This document shows positions 17,890 to 27,781 of a DNA stretch of 64,000 nucleotides, one piece after another. This DNA comes from Spirochaetia bacterium (GTDB lineage: Bacteria; Spirochaetota; Spirochaetia; UBA9216), in NCBI GenBank assembly GCA_963675665.1, contig OY776510.1:320001-384000 (forward strand), read 5' to 3'. The notes under the pieces are model-generated. The model worked only from the letters and a program-made list of their open reading frames with translations, was not told the DNA's origin and ran no database searches. The first letter of the stretch is position 1. Each line of letters begins with the position of its first letter. The translations under genes were made by a program, and so were the position numbers.

Positions 17890-19432
17890 CGGAACCCTCC
17901 TGTCCGCCGGTCATATACAGACCGACTTCTTTTTCATCAGTTTCTTCAGGCTTGAAGGATTTAACCAGTCGTCCTTCAAACATAACTTCTATCCTGTCCG
18001 ACAACGCAAAAATTTCTTCAAGTTCGAGCGAGATAAGCAATATCGCCACTCCCTTGGCTCGCATGTCAAGAATCTGCCGGTGTATATACTCGATAGCACC
18101 GACATCCAGTCCGCGCGTGGGCTGGGTAATAAGCAGGAAATCCGGTTCGCGAGAGAATTCGCGGGCAAGAATAACCTTCTGCTGGTTACCACCGGACAAA
18201 TTTCCCGCAGGTATATTCACACCCGGTGTACGAACATCATACTGCCTGACAAGCTCTTCAGCCCCGGAAACAATCTTCTCCAGGTTCAGATTAATACTGC
18301 CCTTCGATTTAAGCGCCGGCATCCGGTCGTGATAACCCAGAATCGAATTCTCGGCAATGGTCATCGGAAGAACAAGCCCGAAGCGGTGCCGGTCGGCCGG
18401 AACGTAAGCCATTCCCCGTTTTATAAGCTCTTTTGTTTTAAGATGAGTAACTTCCTCATCCCTGAACAGTATTGAGCCTGACTCAACAGCCCTGAGGCTT
18501 CGTATTGCTTCGGCAAGTTCAGTCTGACCGTTTCCATCGACTCCGGCAATACCTACAATTTCGCCCGGACTGATATCAAGATCAAGATCAACAACCGCAT
18601 GTATGTTTTTGTCGTTCCTGACGTTAAGGCCCTTTATTTTCATTACAGGGGGCGCTGCTGAGCTGCGCTTTTCCTTGTGAACGGTAAGAACCACATCGCG
18701 GCCTACCATCAAATTTGCAAGATCCGCTTTCGAAACTTCAGATGTGATACATTCTCCCGATATTTCACCGCGGCGCAGAATATACGACCTGTCCGACAAC
18801 TCTTTAACCTCTTCGAGTTTGTGGGTAATAATAATAACCGAGACACCTGTTGCCACAAGGGTTTTGATAACTTCAAAAAGTTCATCAACCTCCTGCGGCG
18901 TAAGAACAGCAGTAGGTTCATCGAGGATAAGAACCTTTGCTTTTCGGTACAGCGCTTTCAGGATTTCAACCCTCTGCTGCAATCCGACAGGCATTGATTC
19001 GATAAGGGCATCAGGATCAACCTTTAATCCGTATTTCTTTGAAAGCATTCCAACTTCTTCACGGGCTCTTTTATAATCTATAATCCCAGCTGTTCCGGGT
19101 TCACTTCCAAGTATAATATTTTCGGTAACAGTCAGGGTTTCAACCAGCATGAAATGCTGATGCACCATCCCAAGACCGCGTACTATGGCATCTTTGGGTG
19201 ATGAAAAAGAGACTTCCTCGCCGTTCAGAAAAATCTGCCCCGATGTGGGTTTATAAAGTCCGTAGAGTACATTCATAAGGGTGGATTTTCCGGCTCCGTT
19301 CTCGCCCAGAAGCGAAAGGATCTCCCCCTCATGAAGCTTGATATTGATATTGTTATTTGCAAGAACTTTCGGAAATTGCTTAACAATGTTTCTCATTTCG
19401 AGAACGACGTTTCCGCCCAGGATTGCCGACAT
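17876..19432 (-). CDS. Nucleoside ABC transporter ATP-binding protein (NupA/YufO-like)
   Basis: Motifs GENGAGKST, GMVHQHFML, LDEPTAVLTPQE, LSGGNQQK, QPTRGLDVGA. ATG at 19432 follows AGGAG; the ORF-track start at 19477 looks too long. Confidence 0.92.
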   Translation of the reverse strand: MSAILGGNVVLEMRNIVKQFPKVLANNNINIKLHEGEILSLLGENGAGKSTLMNVLYGLYKPTSGQIFLNGEEVSFSSPKDAIVRGLGMVHQHFMLVETLTVTENIILGSEPGTAGIIDYKRAREEVGMLSKKYGLKVDPDALIESMPVGLQQRVEILKALYRKAKVLILDEPTAVLTPQEVDELFEVIKTLVATGVSVIIITHKLEEVKELSDRSYILRRGEISGECITSEVSKADLANLMVGRDVVLTVHKEKRSSAAPPVMKIKGLNVRNDKNIHAVVDLDLDISPGEIVGIAGVDGNGQTELAEAIRSLRAVESGSILFRDEEVTHLKTKELIKRGMAYVPADRHRFGLVLPMTIAENSILGYHDRMPALKSKGSINLNLEKIVSGAEELVRQYDVRTPGVNIPAGNLSGGNQQKVILAREFSREPDFLLITQPTRGLDVGAIEYIHRQILDMRAKGVAILLISLELEEIFALSDRIEVMFEGRLVKSFKPEETDEKEVGLYMTGGQEGSGDSE

Positions 19433-19493
19433 ATAAACTCCTATAAAATCCATCCGGATCAAAAAACCAAGAGCCATGGATGGCGAGTATAAG

Positions 19494-19554
19494 GGATTGA
19501 AAAGCCGGGCTTTTCAATCCAAAACATAAAAAGGCATGAATGACTTTTTATGTT
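19494..19554. terminator. Two adjacent hairpins between rarD and the nucleoside ABC operon
   Basis: GGATTGAAAAGCC-g-GGCTTTTCAATCC (19494-19520) and AACATAAAAAG-N10-CTTTTTATGTT (19523-19554). Confidence 0.5.
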
Positions 19555-19617
19555 CGTCCTCATTATTATGCTTTGAGTATTTTAACATAAAATTTGTAAT
19601 AATAGTCGAGGTTTTTA

Positions 19618-20487
19618 TTAACTTTTACGCGACGAGATTAAAAATATCGCAATGCCAATCCAGACTGAAGCAAAACCGAAGATGTCAAAAACCGTCATAT
19701 TTTCATGATATATAAAGATACCGAAGATAAGCATCATTGTAGGCGCAATAAACTGAAGAAAACCTATCCAGGTCAGCGGTATTCGCGTTGTTCCCTTGGC
19801 AAATAAAACAAGAGGAACAACCGTAATAATTCCTGTCGTAAAAAACATCAGTTTCATTCCCGGTCCCGAAGAAAGGAAACTGGCTGTTCCGGCTATTTCA
19901 GTGAAAACAAGATAAAAAGCCGCAAGAGGAAGAAGGAGAAAACTTTCAATCGTCATGCCTACAATACTGCCGTCTGCACTCTTCTTCTTCATCAAGCCGT
20001 AAAATCCGAAACTGAACGCGAGGATTACCGATACAACCGGAAAACTGCCGACAAGCGCCGTTTTAAGAATAACTCCAAAGGCGGCAAAACCGACGGCGGC
20101 CCACTGAAAACCGGTTAAATTCTCTTTCATAAAAACAAGTCCAAGAAATATGCTTACAAGGGGGTTCAGATAATAACCCAGGCTTGCTTCAAGAACGCGG
20201 CCGTGGCTTATCGCCCAGACATAGGTATACCAGTTAAATCCAAGAAGGACCGTTCGCAGTATAATCCAGCCCATCTGGCTGCGATCAGATAAAACTTTTT
20301 TGAATCTTGCGAAACCGCCTGTTATTCCCAGCATAAACAGCGACACAAAGAATGCCCAGAAAATTCTGTGAGCAATAATTTCAAGCGAGCCGATTCCCGA
20401 AAAGAACTTCCAGTAAACAGGAGTGAAGCCCCACCAAAGGTAGGATGCGGCCGCATAAATAACCCCGGCAGTTCGTTTGTTTTCCAT
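19618..20487 (-). CDS. rarD: EamA/DMT-family transporter RarD
   Basis: 289 aa, about 10 TM. Motifs LWWGFTPVYWK, EIIAHRIFW, EASLGYYLNPL, GFLQFIAPT. Confidence 0.9.
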   Translation of the reverse strand: MENKRTAGVIYAAASYLWWGFTPVYWKFFSGIGSLEIIAHRIFWAFFVSLFMLGITGGFARFKKVLSDRSQMGWIILRTVLLGFNWYTYVWAISHGRVLEASLGYYLNPLVSIFLGLVFMKENLTGFQWAAVGFAAFGVILKTALVGSFPVVSVILAFSFGFYGLMKKKSADGSIVGMTIESFLLLPLAAFYLVFTEIAGTASFLSSGPGMKLMFFTTGIITVVPLVLFAKGTTRIPLTWIGFLQFIAPTMMLIFGIFIYHENMTVFDIFGFASVWIGIAIFLISSRKS

Positions 20488-20707
20488 ATACTGATCGAGA
20501 TTACTTTAGAATCGGGAAAATGACAACACAGCCGGGGGAAGATTACTCAATGATAACTATCCTACCCTGAGGTTGAGAATGGACAACCCCGGAGGTTTAT
20601 TCTAAAAGATATTGATATCTTCAATTTGAAGATTGCCTTAATGTTTATTAAAAAGCAATATATTAAATTGCAGATAGTTATTTTAAGAATATTGTGATTG
20701 TAATATT

Positions 20708-21358
20708 TTATATATTCTTGTTAAAATCTTCGAGAAATCCTAAAATGTTTTGTATGTGCTTTTTTAGACTTTCTTCCACACATCTTGCCTCACGGTTACG
20801 AATTAGATCTATTATCTCGATATGTTCCAAACGACTTTTATCGCTTCTTAGAAAAGAATATTCTTTCGTGTAATTTCTTATTCGATACACATGATCTGAA
20901 AAATTCGACAATATTGCTATCAGGTACTGGTTTCTACTGTTGTTTGCAATCAATCTGTGAAAATTATTATCGATCGAAATATGTTCGTTTAATTCTATTT
21001 CATTGTTATAATCCGGGTTCTTCCATAAATCATAGTAGTAATCCAACTCTGTAAGATCGATATAGTTCGTTGCGAGTCGGGCTGCATACGGTTCTATAAG
21101 CAGACGAATTGAATAAAGATCCAGTATTTCGGTTTTATATATCGTTGTGGCAAATATCCCGCGCTTAGGAAAAAACTTGACGAGATTCTCATTTTCCAAT
21201 CGAGTTAAAGCCTCTCTAATAGGAGTTCTTCCGATTCCGAGGTCCTCACCCAGTTCCTTATCCGATACAGGATCTCCAGGTTTTATAGTAAGATTTAGAA
21301 GTCTTTTTTTAATTTCATTATATGCAATTTCAGATAATTTCATCCTGTTTTTATTCAA
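20708..21358 (-). CDS. GntR-family regulator with FCD domain
   Basis: 216 aa. Motifs LGIGRTPIREALTRLE and DNNFHRLIA..N.YL, EH..II. Confidence 0.9.
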   Translation of the reverse strand: MNKNRMKLSEIAYNEIKKRLLNLTIKPGDPVSDKELGEDLGIGRTPIREALTRLENENLVKFFPKRGIFATTIYKTEILDLYSIRLLIEPYAARLATNYIDLTELDYYYDLWKNPDYNNEIELNEHISIDNNFHRLIANNSRNQYLIAILSNFSDHVYRIRNYTKEYSFLRSDKSRLEHIEIIDLIRNREARCVEESLKKHIQNILGFLEDFNKNI

Positions 21359-21563
21359 GAATCTCCTTCTTCAAAATAAAGATCCGCATTCCATTGCTAA
21401 GTATATTTTACATGTTCACATCATTCTTGCCAATACATTTCGAAAGATACCCGTATTATCAATTTCAAGTAAAAAGTCAAGGCTTTTTTATATAACACTT
21501 TTTAATTATCAATCCTTTTTTCCCCAAGATTTATTAACATTGCCTACATTTGAAATAGTATTT

Positions 21564-22619
21564 TCACAGCCTGACACTTGCGCCGACTCTCGAAGCCAGC
21601 GCATTCAATTCGTCTATAAAAGATTCTTGTAAAGTAATCCCTTCTATTCTTCTTTTAGCCGAAATTTCCGATTCCGGTTCCCCAGGCCATTTAACCGTAA
21701 CTTCACTACAGTTCGACGGGGTTTCTTTAAGGATTTTCTTGAATTCATCTATACGTTTATAGAAGTCTTCCATTTCTATTAGAGCATCAATTTTAATAGC
21801 CATCATTAAATGAGCTGTAACACTCGGGTCTTTTGGATATTTATACATACCTTTCAGATGATGCAGGAATGCCCCACCAGTGAAAACACCGCATAAAATA
21901 TCTATAATTAAAGCAAGACCAAATCCTTTATGCCCCGCTATCGGCAATAGATATCCCTTTACAGCCGCTGCAGGATCTGTTGTAGGAATACCGTCAACAT
22001 CTGTCGCCCAGTCATCAGGAATAGATCCGCCCATTTTTTCCGCCAGGAGGATTTTACCCAAAGCAACATTTGAAAGAGAAATATCAAGAACTATAGGATC
22101 TCCCGACCTGACAGGAACAGCTATAGCAAAGGGATTATTACCGATGATAGCTTTTGGAACTCCAGGGACCGTCATCAGTGGAGCAACATTTGTCATGCAG
22201 ATACCTATCATCCCTTCTTCTACGGCCATACGTGCGAAAATCCCGGCTGCTCCGAAATGATTGCTGTTGATTGCCCCGCATAATCCAATTTGGAATTCCT
22301 TTGCAGTCTGAATCGCTTCCCGCATCCCCCTGTATCCGACAAGCATTCCCGGCGCATTATCACCGTCTATTAGCGATATGCCTCCATTCTTTTTTATAAC
22401 CCGAACATTAGGTTCACAGTTCATCGCACCTGATAAAATACGTTCTAGATAGATAGGCAGTCTTAGTATTCCATGAGAATCAATTCCTAATAAATTCGCC
22501 GCAATTAGTTTATCCGCGATAATCTCTCCATTCTTTTTACTCATCCCCGCCGCTTTGAAAATCTCTGATGTGAATGCTATTAAATCTTCATATGATTTCT
22601 TTTTTGAACCTGTATTCAT
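21564..22619 (-). CDS. Ldh_2 (type 2 malate/L-lactate/ureidoglycolate dehydrogenase) family oxidoreductase
   Basis: Motifs GIDSHG..RL..Y, SNHFGAAG, GNNPFAIAVP, GHKGFGLA, WPGE. ATG at 22619 follows AAGGAG. Confidence 0.88.
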   Translation of the reverse strand: MNTGSKKKSYEDLIAFTSEIFKAAGMSKKNGEIIADKLIAANLLGIDSHGILRLPIYLERILSGAMNCEPNVRVIKKNGGISLIDGDNAPGMLVGYRGMREAIQTAKEFQIGLCGAINSNHFGAAGIFARMAVEEGMIGICMTNVAPLMTVPGVPKAIIGNNPFAIAVPVRSGDPIVLDISLSNVALGKILLAEKMGGSIPDDWATDVDGIPTTDPAAAVKGYLLPIAGHKGFGLALIIDILCGVFTGGAFLHHLKGMYKYPKDPSVTAHLMMAIKIDALIEMEDFYKRIDEFKKILKETPSNCSEVTVKWPGEPESEISAKRRIEGITLQESFIDELNALASRVGASVRL

Positions 22620-22757
22620 TAATTTCTCCTTTTTTTCTTTTGCGTACAATTCAGCCCGCATTTCGGATTCTCGATACGCTTCCTGTTTAGTCCATATATT
22701 TCTTTTCACGTGAAAATATTCGATGTTTTGACATCTTCTTTTTTTACGATATTATAA

Positions 22758-24704
22758 TTAAGGTAAAACTTCTTGTTGCCGTGTCTTTATGGTTTTTTTC
22801 AGATTAATGATCACACAAATTACGAGTATCACCAATCCTGCAATATCCGTTTTGTAGCCGGGGATAACCAGAAATAACCCTCCTGCCAATGACATGATTC
22901 TCTCATAGACAGTCTGTTTAGAAAAAAGGAATCCGGTTAATGCGGACGCAATCGTTATGACTCCGATTACCGCAGTTGGAATATTAAGCAAAACCCAGAG
23001 GAACCCTCTATCAAACATAATAAATGAAGGTTTAAAAGCAAAAATAAAAGGGACAACAAATGCAGCAACAGCTAATCGCGTTGACTGTATTCCTGTTTTA
23101 ATAGGTTCACCTTTTGCTATTCCTGCTCCCGCCACAGCGGCCAAACATACTGGAGGAGTAATATCAGCAATTATCCCGAAATAGAATGCAAACATGTGGG
23201 AAACCAGAATAGGCACACCGAGTAATAATAATGCCGGAGCTGCTATTGTTGATGTGATGACATAATTTGCAGTTGTCGGGACTCCCATTCCAAGGATTAT
23301 CGAAGCAATCATTGTAAAGAACAATGTCAGAAAAAGATTACCGTGAGCAATGCTTACCAAAGCCGATCCAAGTTTCAGACCTACCCCGGTTTGAGTAATA
23401 ACCCCAATAATAATTCCGGCACATGCACATGCTGCAAGTACACCCAGAGTATTCAATGCGCCGACTCTGAGGCATTCTATAATATCCCGTAGCGTTAGGC
23501 GTGTACTTTTCCTGAATTGTGAACAAATTATTGTGATGATAATGGCAAATAATCCTGCTTTAATTGGAGTATATCCCATTACCAAAATTACTATGATTGC
23601 AATGATGGGTATCAGCAGGTGCCCTCTCTCTTTTAGCGTTTCCTTTATTTTAGGCAATTCATCTTTTCGCATTCCACGAAGTTTCAGTTTTTTTGCTTCA
23701 AAATGAACACCTGCCCAAAGACCCAAATAATAAAGCAACGCCGGAATGAACGCCGTTACCGCTACTTTAAGGTATGGTGTGTTTGTAAACTCAGCTATTA
23801 GAAACGCAGCCGCACCCATGATAGGAGGCATAATCTGCCCTCCCGTAGAAGCTGCCGCTTCTACAGCACCAGCAAACTCCGGAGAATATCCCAGCCGCTT
23901 CATCATCGGGATCGTAAAACTTCCTGTACCTACAACATTAGCCGTTGTACTGCCGGTAATTGTACCCATAAATCCACTAGCCATTACAGAAACTTTTGCC
24001 GGACCTCCAGTCGCAGAGCCGGCTATTGAGTTTGCCAGATCTATGAATAGTTGACCCATGCCGGATTTTTCCAGAAAAGCACCGAACAGAATAAATAAAA
24101 AAACGAATGTTGCCGAAACGGAAATGGGTATCCCCATAATTCCTTCAAGAGTAAAAAATTGGTGCTGTATCAGATTTATTAGCGATAACCCCTTGTGAGC
24201 TATCGCCTTTGGAAAGTATCTTCCGAAAAGACCATAAAAAATAAATAGAAGTGCCAATATTATCATTGGCCAACCGACTACGCGTCTTGTAATTTCCAAT
24301 ACAAGGATAATCGCAATTATTCCGACAATCATATCAATATATGTTATACTGCCTGCCCTTCTTACGATATTTTCAAAGTTAAATACGATGTACATCGGAA
24401 CAGCTGCGCTTATAGTTGCCAGGGTTATATCCAACACATGAATTTTTTTCAGATTCCCTTTTTTACTTCCTGGAAAAATTAAAAAAATAAGCATAAAGCC
24501 GAATGAAAGATGAATACACCGAATAATCATAGTCTCCAGAGTATAAAAAGCGTTTACATAGATTTCAAAAACTGAAAAAAGAATAGCAATAATCGCAACT
24601 ATTTTATAGGAAACTCCCGTCAGTTCTCGACGGTTAGATTCCTTATCAACAGAGCGAAGCACCTCCTCAGTACTCATGTCTTGTATCTTTCTTTTAGCAA
24701 ACAA
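22758..24704 (-). CDS. TRAP transporter fused permease (4TM/12TM, TAXI-associated)
   Basis: 648 aa. Motifs GGPAKVSV, TGSFTIPMMK, EAAASTGGQIMPPIMGAAAF, GMGVPTTANY, DITPPV. Confidence 0.92.
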   Translation of the reverse strand: MFAKRKIQDMSTEEVLRSVDKESNRRELTGVSYKIVAIIAILFSVFEIYVNAFYTLETMIIRCIHLSFGFMLIFLIFPGSKKGNLKKIHVLDITLATISAAVPMYIVFNFENIVRRAGSITYIDMIVGIIAIILVLEITRRVVGWPMIILALLFIFYGLFGRYFPKAIAHKGLSLINLIQHQFFTLEGIMGIPISVSATFVFLFILFGAFLEKSGMGQLFIDLANSIAGSATGGPAKVSVMASGFMGTITGSTTANVVGTGSFTIPMMKRLGYSPEFAGAVEAAASTGGQIMPPIMGAAAFLIAEFTNTPYLKVAVTAFIPALLYYLGLWAGVHFEAKKLKLRGMRKDELPKIKETLKERGHLLIPIIAIIVILVMGYTPIKAGLFAIIITIICSQFRKSTRLTLRDIIECLRVGALNTLGVLAACACAGIIIGVITQTGVGLKLGSALVSIAHGNLFLTLFFTMIASIILGMGVPTTANYVITSTIAAPALLLLGVPILVSHMFAFYFGIIADITPPVCLAAVAGAGIAKGEPIKTGIQSTRLAVAAFVVPFIFAFKPSFIMFDRGFLWVLLNIPTAVIGVITIASALTGFLFSKQTVYERIMSLAGGLFLVIPGYKTDIAGLVILVICVIINLKKTIKTRQQEVLP

Positions 24705-24716
24705 GGCTTCCTCCTC

Positions 24717-24762
24717 ATATATGACTTATATATATCTTATATATAAGTCATATATTTGTCAA
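24717..24762 (-). promoter_or_regulatory. Promoter TTGACA-17-TAAGAT overlapped by a perfect 18-bp inverted repeat (operator)
   Basis: ATATATGACTTATATATA-tct-TATATATAAGTCATATAT at 24717-24755, just upstream of the permease RBS. Confidence 0.7.
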
Positions 24763-24852
24763 GTTTTTTCTTTTATACAAATACTTAAATTCAAAAATGA
24801 CTCGTATTAGAGTATCATAATAACATTTAAAAAATAATTTTAGATTTTATAT

Positions 24853-26127
24853 CATAGCTGTCCAAAACAATCATAACAGCTCCATTTGAAGTTTTAAGCC
24901 TGGCTCATTTCTGCCGGGCGGCGGTAGTTTATTCAGAATATTCCAGAGATCTTTTCTGGTCGTCAGGATTGATGGAAGCAATTTCATAAGCGAATAATGA
25001 GTCCATCCACCGGAAGATAACATCTTCAGATATTGCAGCATCAGATGAGTTATCAATGCTATCCAGATCTGAGTCATTACTGCATTTTTCGTCGTTCCAA
25101 AAAACTTCTTTATTTTCAGGTTCTGTTTGATTGTTTTGAAGAATATTTCTATCTGCCATCTGTCCTTATAGACAGCAGCAACTGTTGTAGGTGCCCAATC
25201 AAGCTGATTTGTAAGAATTACAATATATTTTCCTGTTTCCGGATCTTTTATTCTAATTCGCCGTAATTGGAGTGGACACTTCTTGCTGGTGTAGTATCCT
25301 CGCATTTCAATTATTTGATCTGATGAAATATTTTCATATTTTGAAACATTATTTCTTTGAAAAACTTTATAATCTGCATTCTTTTTCATACGAGTAATAA
25401 AATAAATGCCTGCAATACAATAACTTGCAAATAATTTGAAATCTGTATAGGCCCGATCGAATGCAACTACATCACCTTTATTGAATTTCATTTTCTTGAG
25501 TGAATTAAGCTCATGGGTTTGAGCTGTTGTAACAGATACAAAGTCCGGAATATATCCGCTGTGATCAAGTTTTACATTAAGTTTGATTCCGCCTTTATTC
25601 TTTCTAAACTTCGCCCATGGAAATACTGACAGGCATAAATCGATGGTTGTCGCATCAACACTGTACAGCGGATTTTTAAATCTATGCTTATGAGACCTTT
25701 TCATTTTAAGGATCTTTGTCAGCAGGTTATTGAATACATTTTCATAAATTTCTGAGGGTCTGTTGTTATTTGCATAGGAAAGTGTTGAGCGTTTAATCTT
25801 TTTTACCCCCAAATGATAAAGCATGTTTTTAATCGAATCCAATGCTGTTTCTATGCCTCTAAGTCCGGTCTGTCCTGTAAATTGGGCAAACAGCATTGAA
25901 ACAAATTGTTCCCAACAGGAGAATCCTTTTGAAGCAAAATCTCCTTTATACTTTCTGACAGATCTTTCAAATTCATGTCTCGGAATGATTTGAAGTATCT
26001 GATTTAAAATGCTATTCTTATAACTCATTGCCTGTTTTCCTTCCGTTGTAATGATTTAAGCTTGCCCGCTCAATTCATTATAACCAGGGATTCAGGCTAT
26101 TAATAGTCCTTATTTTGGACAGCTATG
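24853..26127 (-). mobile_element. IS4-family insertion sequence, 1275 bp
   Basis: TIR CATAGCTGTCCAAAA at 24853-24867 with its reverse complement at 26113-26127. Flanked by the 9-bp direct repeat ATTTTATAT at 24844-24852 and 26128-26136. Confidence 0.93.
24871..26028 (-). CDS. IS4-family DDE transposase
   Basis: 385 aa, intact. Motifs SVDATTI, AFDRAY and the YREK signature YKDRWQIEIFFKTIKQ. Confidence 0.93.
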   Translation of the reverse strand: MSYKNSILNQILQIIPRHEFERSVRKYKGDFASKGFSCWEQFVSMLFAQFTGQTGLRGIETALDSIKNMLYHLGVKKIKRSTLSYANNNRPSEIYENVFNNLLTKILKMKRSHKHRFKNPLYSVDATTIDLCLSVFPWAKFRKNKGGIKLNVKLDHSGYIPDFVSVTTAQTHELNSLKKMKFNKGDVVAFDRAYTDFKLFASYCIAGIYFITRMKKNADYKVFQRNNVSKYENISSDQIIEMRGYYTSKKCPLQLRRIRIKDPETGKYIVILTNQLDWAPTTVAAVYKDRWQIEIFFKTIKQNLKIKKFFGTTKNAVMTQIWIALITHLMLQYLKMLSSGGWTHYSLMKLLPSILTTRKDLWNILNKLPPPGRNEPGLKLQMELL

Positions 26128-26163
26128 ATTTTATATTAAAAAAGCCACACAAACCGCGCGCTT

Positions 26164-26619
26164 CTATTTCATAGAAATCGCAATTAATTCACCCGGCATG
26201 AAATAATCTAACAAATAAAATTCATTTCCGCCTACGACCAGTTTATGTTTTGGAATATCAATAACAGGAAGACGTATCAAATAATTTTCGAAAACAATAT
26301 TCGTATTATTAATACATTTCCCATCTCGAAAAGAAATAATATTCTCCGATGATGAATAACTTGCCATCCCTGATCCATATGAGGAATATTCTGTTTCTGA
26401 TAAAATAATCGTATTATCGTTATTTATAACTAATTTTTCTGTTACTTCCGATATAGTGACTGAGTTTATATAGATATGATAGAAGCTTTCGCCCTCAATT
26501 TTAATTTCTAACGTCTTTCCATTCTCATTCCGTATACAGATATTTTTCTGAGCATCCAAACTCGAACAGGAAAAATAAAGTATTGCAAAAATAAAAATTA
26601 ATAAAATTCTTCTATTCAT
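26164..26619 (-). CDS. DUF1850-like accessory protein of TAXI-TRAP systems
   Basis: 151 aa. Segments FYHIYINSV..SEVTE and TEYSSYGSGM. Lies between the TAXI SBP and the fused permease. Confidence 0.7.
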   Translation of the reverse strand: MNRRILLIFIFAILYFSCSSLDAQKNICIRNENGKTLEIKIEGESFYHIYINSVTISEVTEKLVINNDNTIILSETEYSSYGSGMASYSSSENIISFRDGKCINNTNIVFENYLIRLPVIDIPKHKLVVGGNEFYLLDYFMPGELIAISMK

Positions 26620-26641
26620 AAAACACTACAATCACTACCAA

Positions 26642-26670
26642 TACGGGTACAAAATAATTTTGTACCCGTA
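26642..26670. terminator. Perfect hairpin downstream of the TAXI SBP gene
   Basis: TACGGGTACAAAAT-a-ATTTTGTACCCGTA, 14-bp arms. Confidence 0.6.
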
Positions 26671-26690
26671 TAATTATATCATTTCCCTAA

Positions 26691-27650
26691 TTACTTCAGG
26701 ATTCCAACTTCTTTGAAGTATCTGGCCGCACCGGGATGAAGGTCGACCGGCATCCCCTTGAGAGCGTTCTCTAAAGTAATCTGACTTCCAACCGCATGAG
26801 AAGCCTTGACCCGATCCAGATTTTCGAATATTGCTTTTACCAATTTATAAGCCACTTCTTCATCCATACTCTTATCAACGCAGAGCATGGCCTTTACGCT
26901 TATCATTTCAACATCTTCTGTTTGTCCTCTATATGTATTAGCAGGCAGTACATATTCAGCAAAGAAAGGATATTCTTTGATAACTTGATCTCTTAATTCG
27001 CCATCGATAGGGACAACATGCAATTCATGTTGAGCAGCAATATCCTGCATAATAGCAGCAGGAGCGCCTATAGTATTCATGAATGCATCAATTACCCCGT
27101 CTTTCAATGCAGCTGCTGCATCGGTATGCTGAAGAGTATACTTCTTAATATCTTCATCGATATCCATTCCAGCCACTCTGAAAAGTTGTTTACAGTTTTC
27201 AGTGATTATACTGCCAATTCCACCAACCGAAACCCTTTTACCTCTTAAATCATATATTGAATTGATATTTTTATCCAAGGTTACTACATGAAAAGGTTCT
27301 ACATGCATTGTAAAAAGCCCTCTCACATCTTCATATTTGTTGATTCCCGCTTTTCCTTGTACCGCATAGAATACAGCATCATTCTGATTCAAGCTGGCTT
27401 CAATTTGGCCTTCTTTCATAAGATTCAGATTGGCAACTGAACATCCAGTACTTTGTGCGGTTGCGTTGATTCCTTCTATACTTGTATTCCAAATATCCGC
27501 AAACCCTCCGCCGATTGGGAAATACGTACCTGATGTTCCGCATGTCCCGAGATTGATGAAAACAACATCATCCTGCTGTCCGGTAGAATGAACATACCCG
27601 ATAAAAAGCATGAACATTAATGCCAAACATAATAAAAACCTCTTTTTCAT
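26691..27650 (-). CDS. TAXI-family TRAP solute-binding protein
   Basis: 319 aa. Motifs GTCGTSGTYFPIG, STGCSVANL, LRGKRVSVG, LHPGAARYFKE. Confidence 0.92.
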   Translation of the reverse strand: MKKRFLLCLALMFMLFIGYVHSTGQQDDVVFINLGTCGTSGTYFPIGGGFADIWNTSIEGINATAQSTGCSVANLNLMKEGQIEASLNQNDAVFYAVQGKAGINKYEDVRGLFTMHVEPFHVVTLDKNINSIYDLRGKRVSVGGIGSIITENCKQLFRVAGMDIDEDIKKYTLQHTDAAAALKDGVIDAFMNTIGAPAAIMQDIAAQHELHVVPIDGELRDQVIKEYPFFAEYVLPANTYRGQTEDVEMISVKAMLCVDKSMDEEVAYKLVKAIFENLDRVKASHAVGSQITLENALKGMPVDLHPGAARYFKEVGILK

Positions 27651-27674
27651 TTTCCATCTCCTAATTAATATATT

Positions 27675-27687
27675 TTGGTATTACCAG
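27675..27687. promoter_or_regulatory. FadR-type operator box (TAXI SBP promoter)
   Basis: TTGGTATTACCAG fits the TGGT-N3-ACCA pattern of the FadR subfamily. Confidence 0.65.
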
Positions 27688-27781
27688 ATACCATATTATA
27701 ACTTAAGAATATTTTCTTGACAAGTTCTTTATCAAACAGAAAAAACTCATTAACGCTGCCTTGAAGATCCCTTATCACAAC

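Noticed and set aside
19433-19617. Purine riboswitch upstream of the nucleoside transporter
   Set aside because: The conserved aptamer core (TATAAT...ATATGG...GTTTCTACC...CCGTAAA) is absent.
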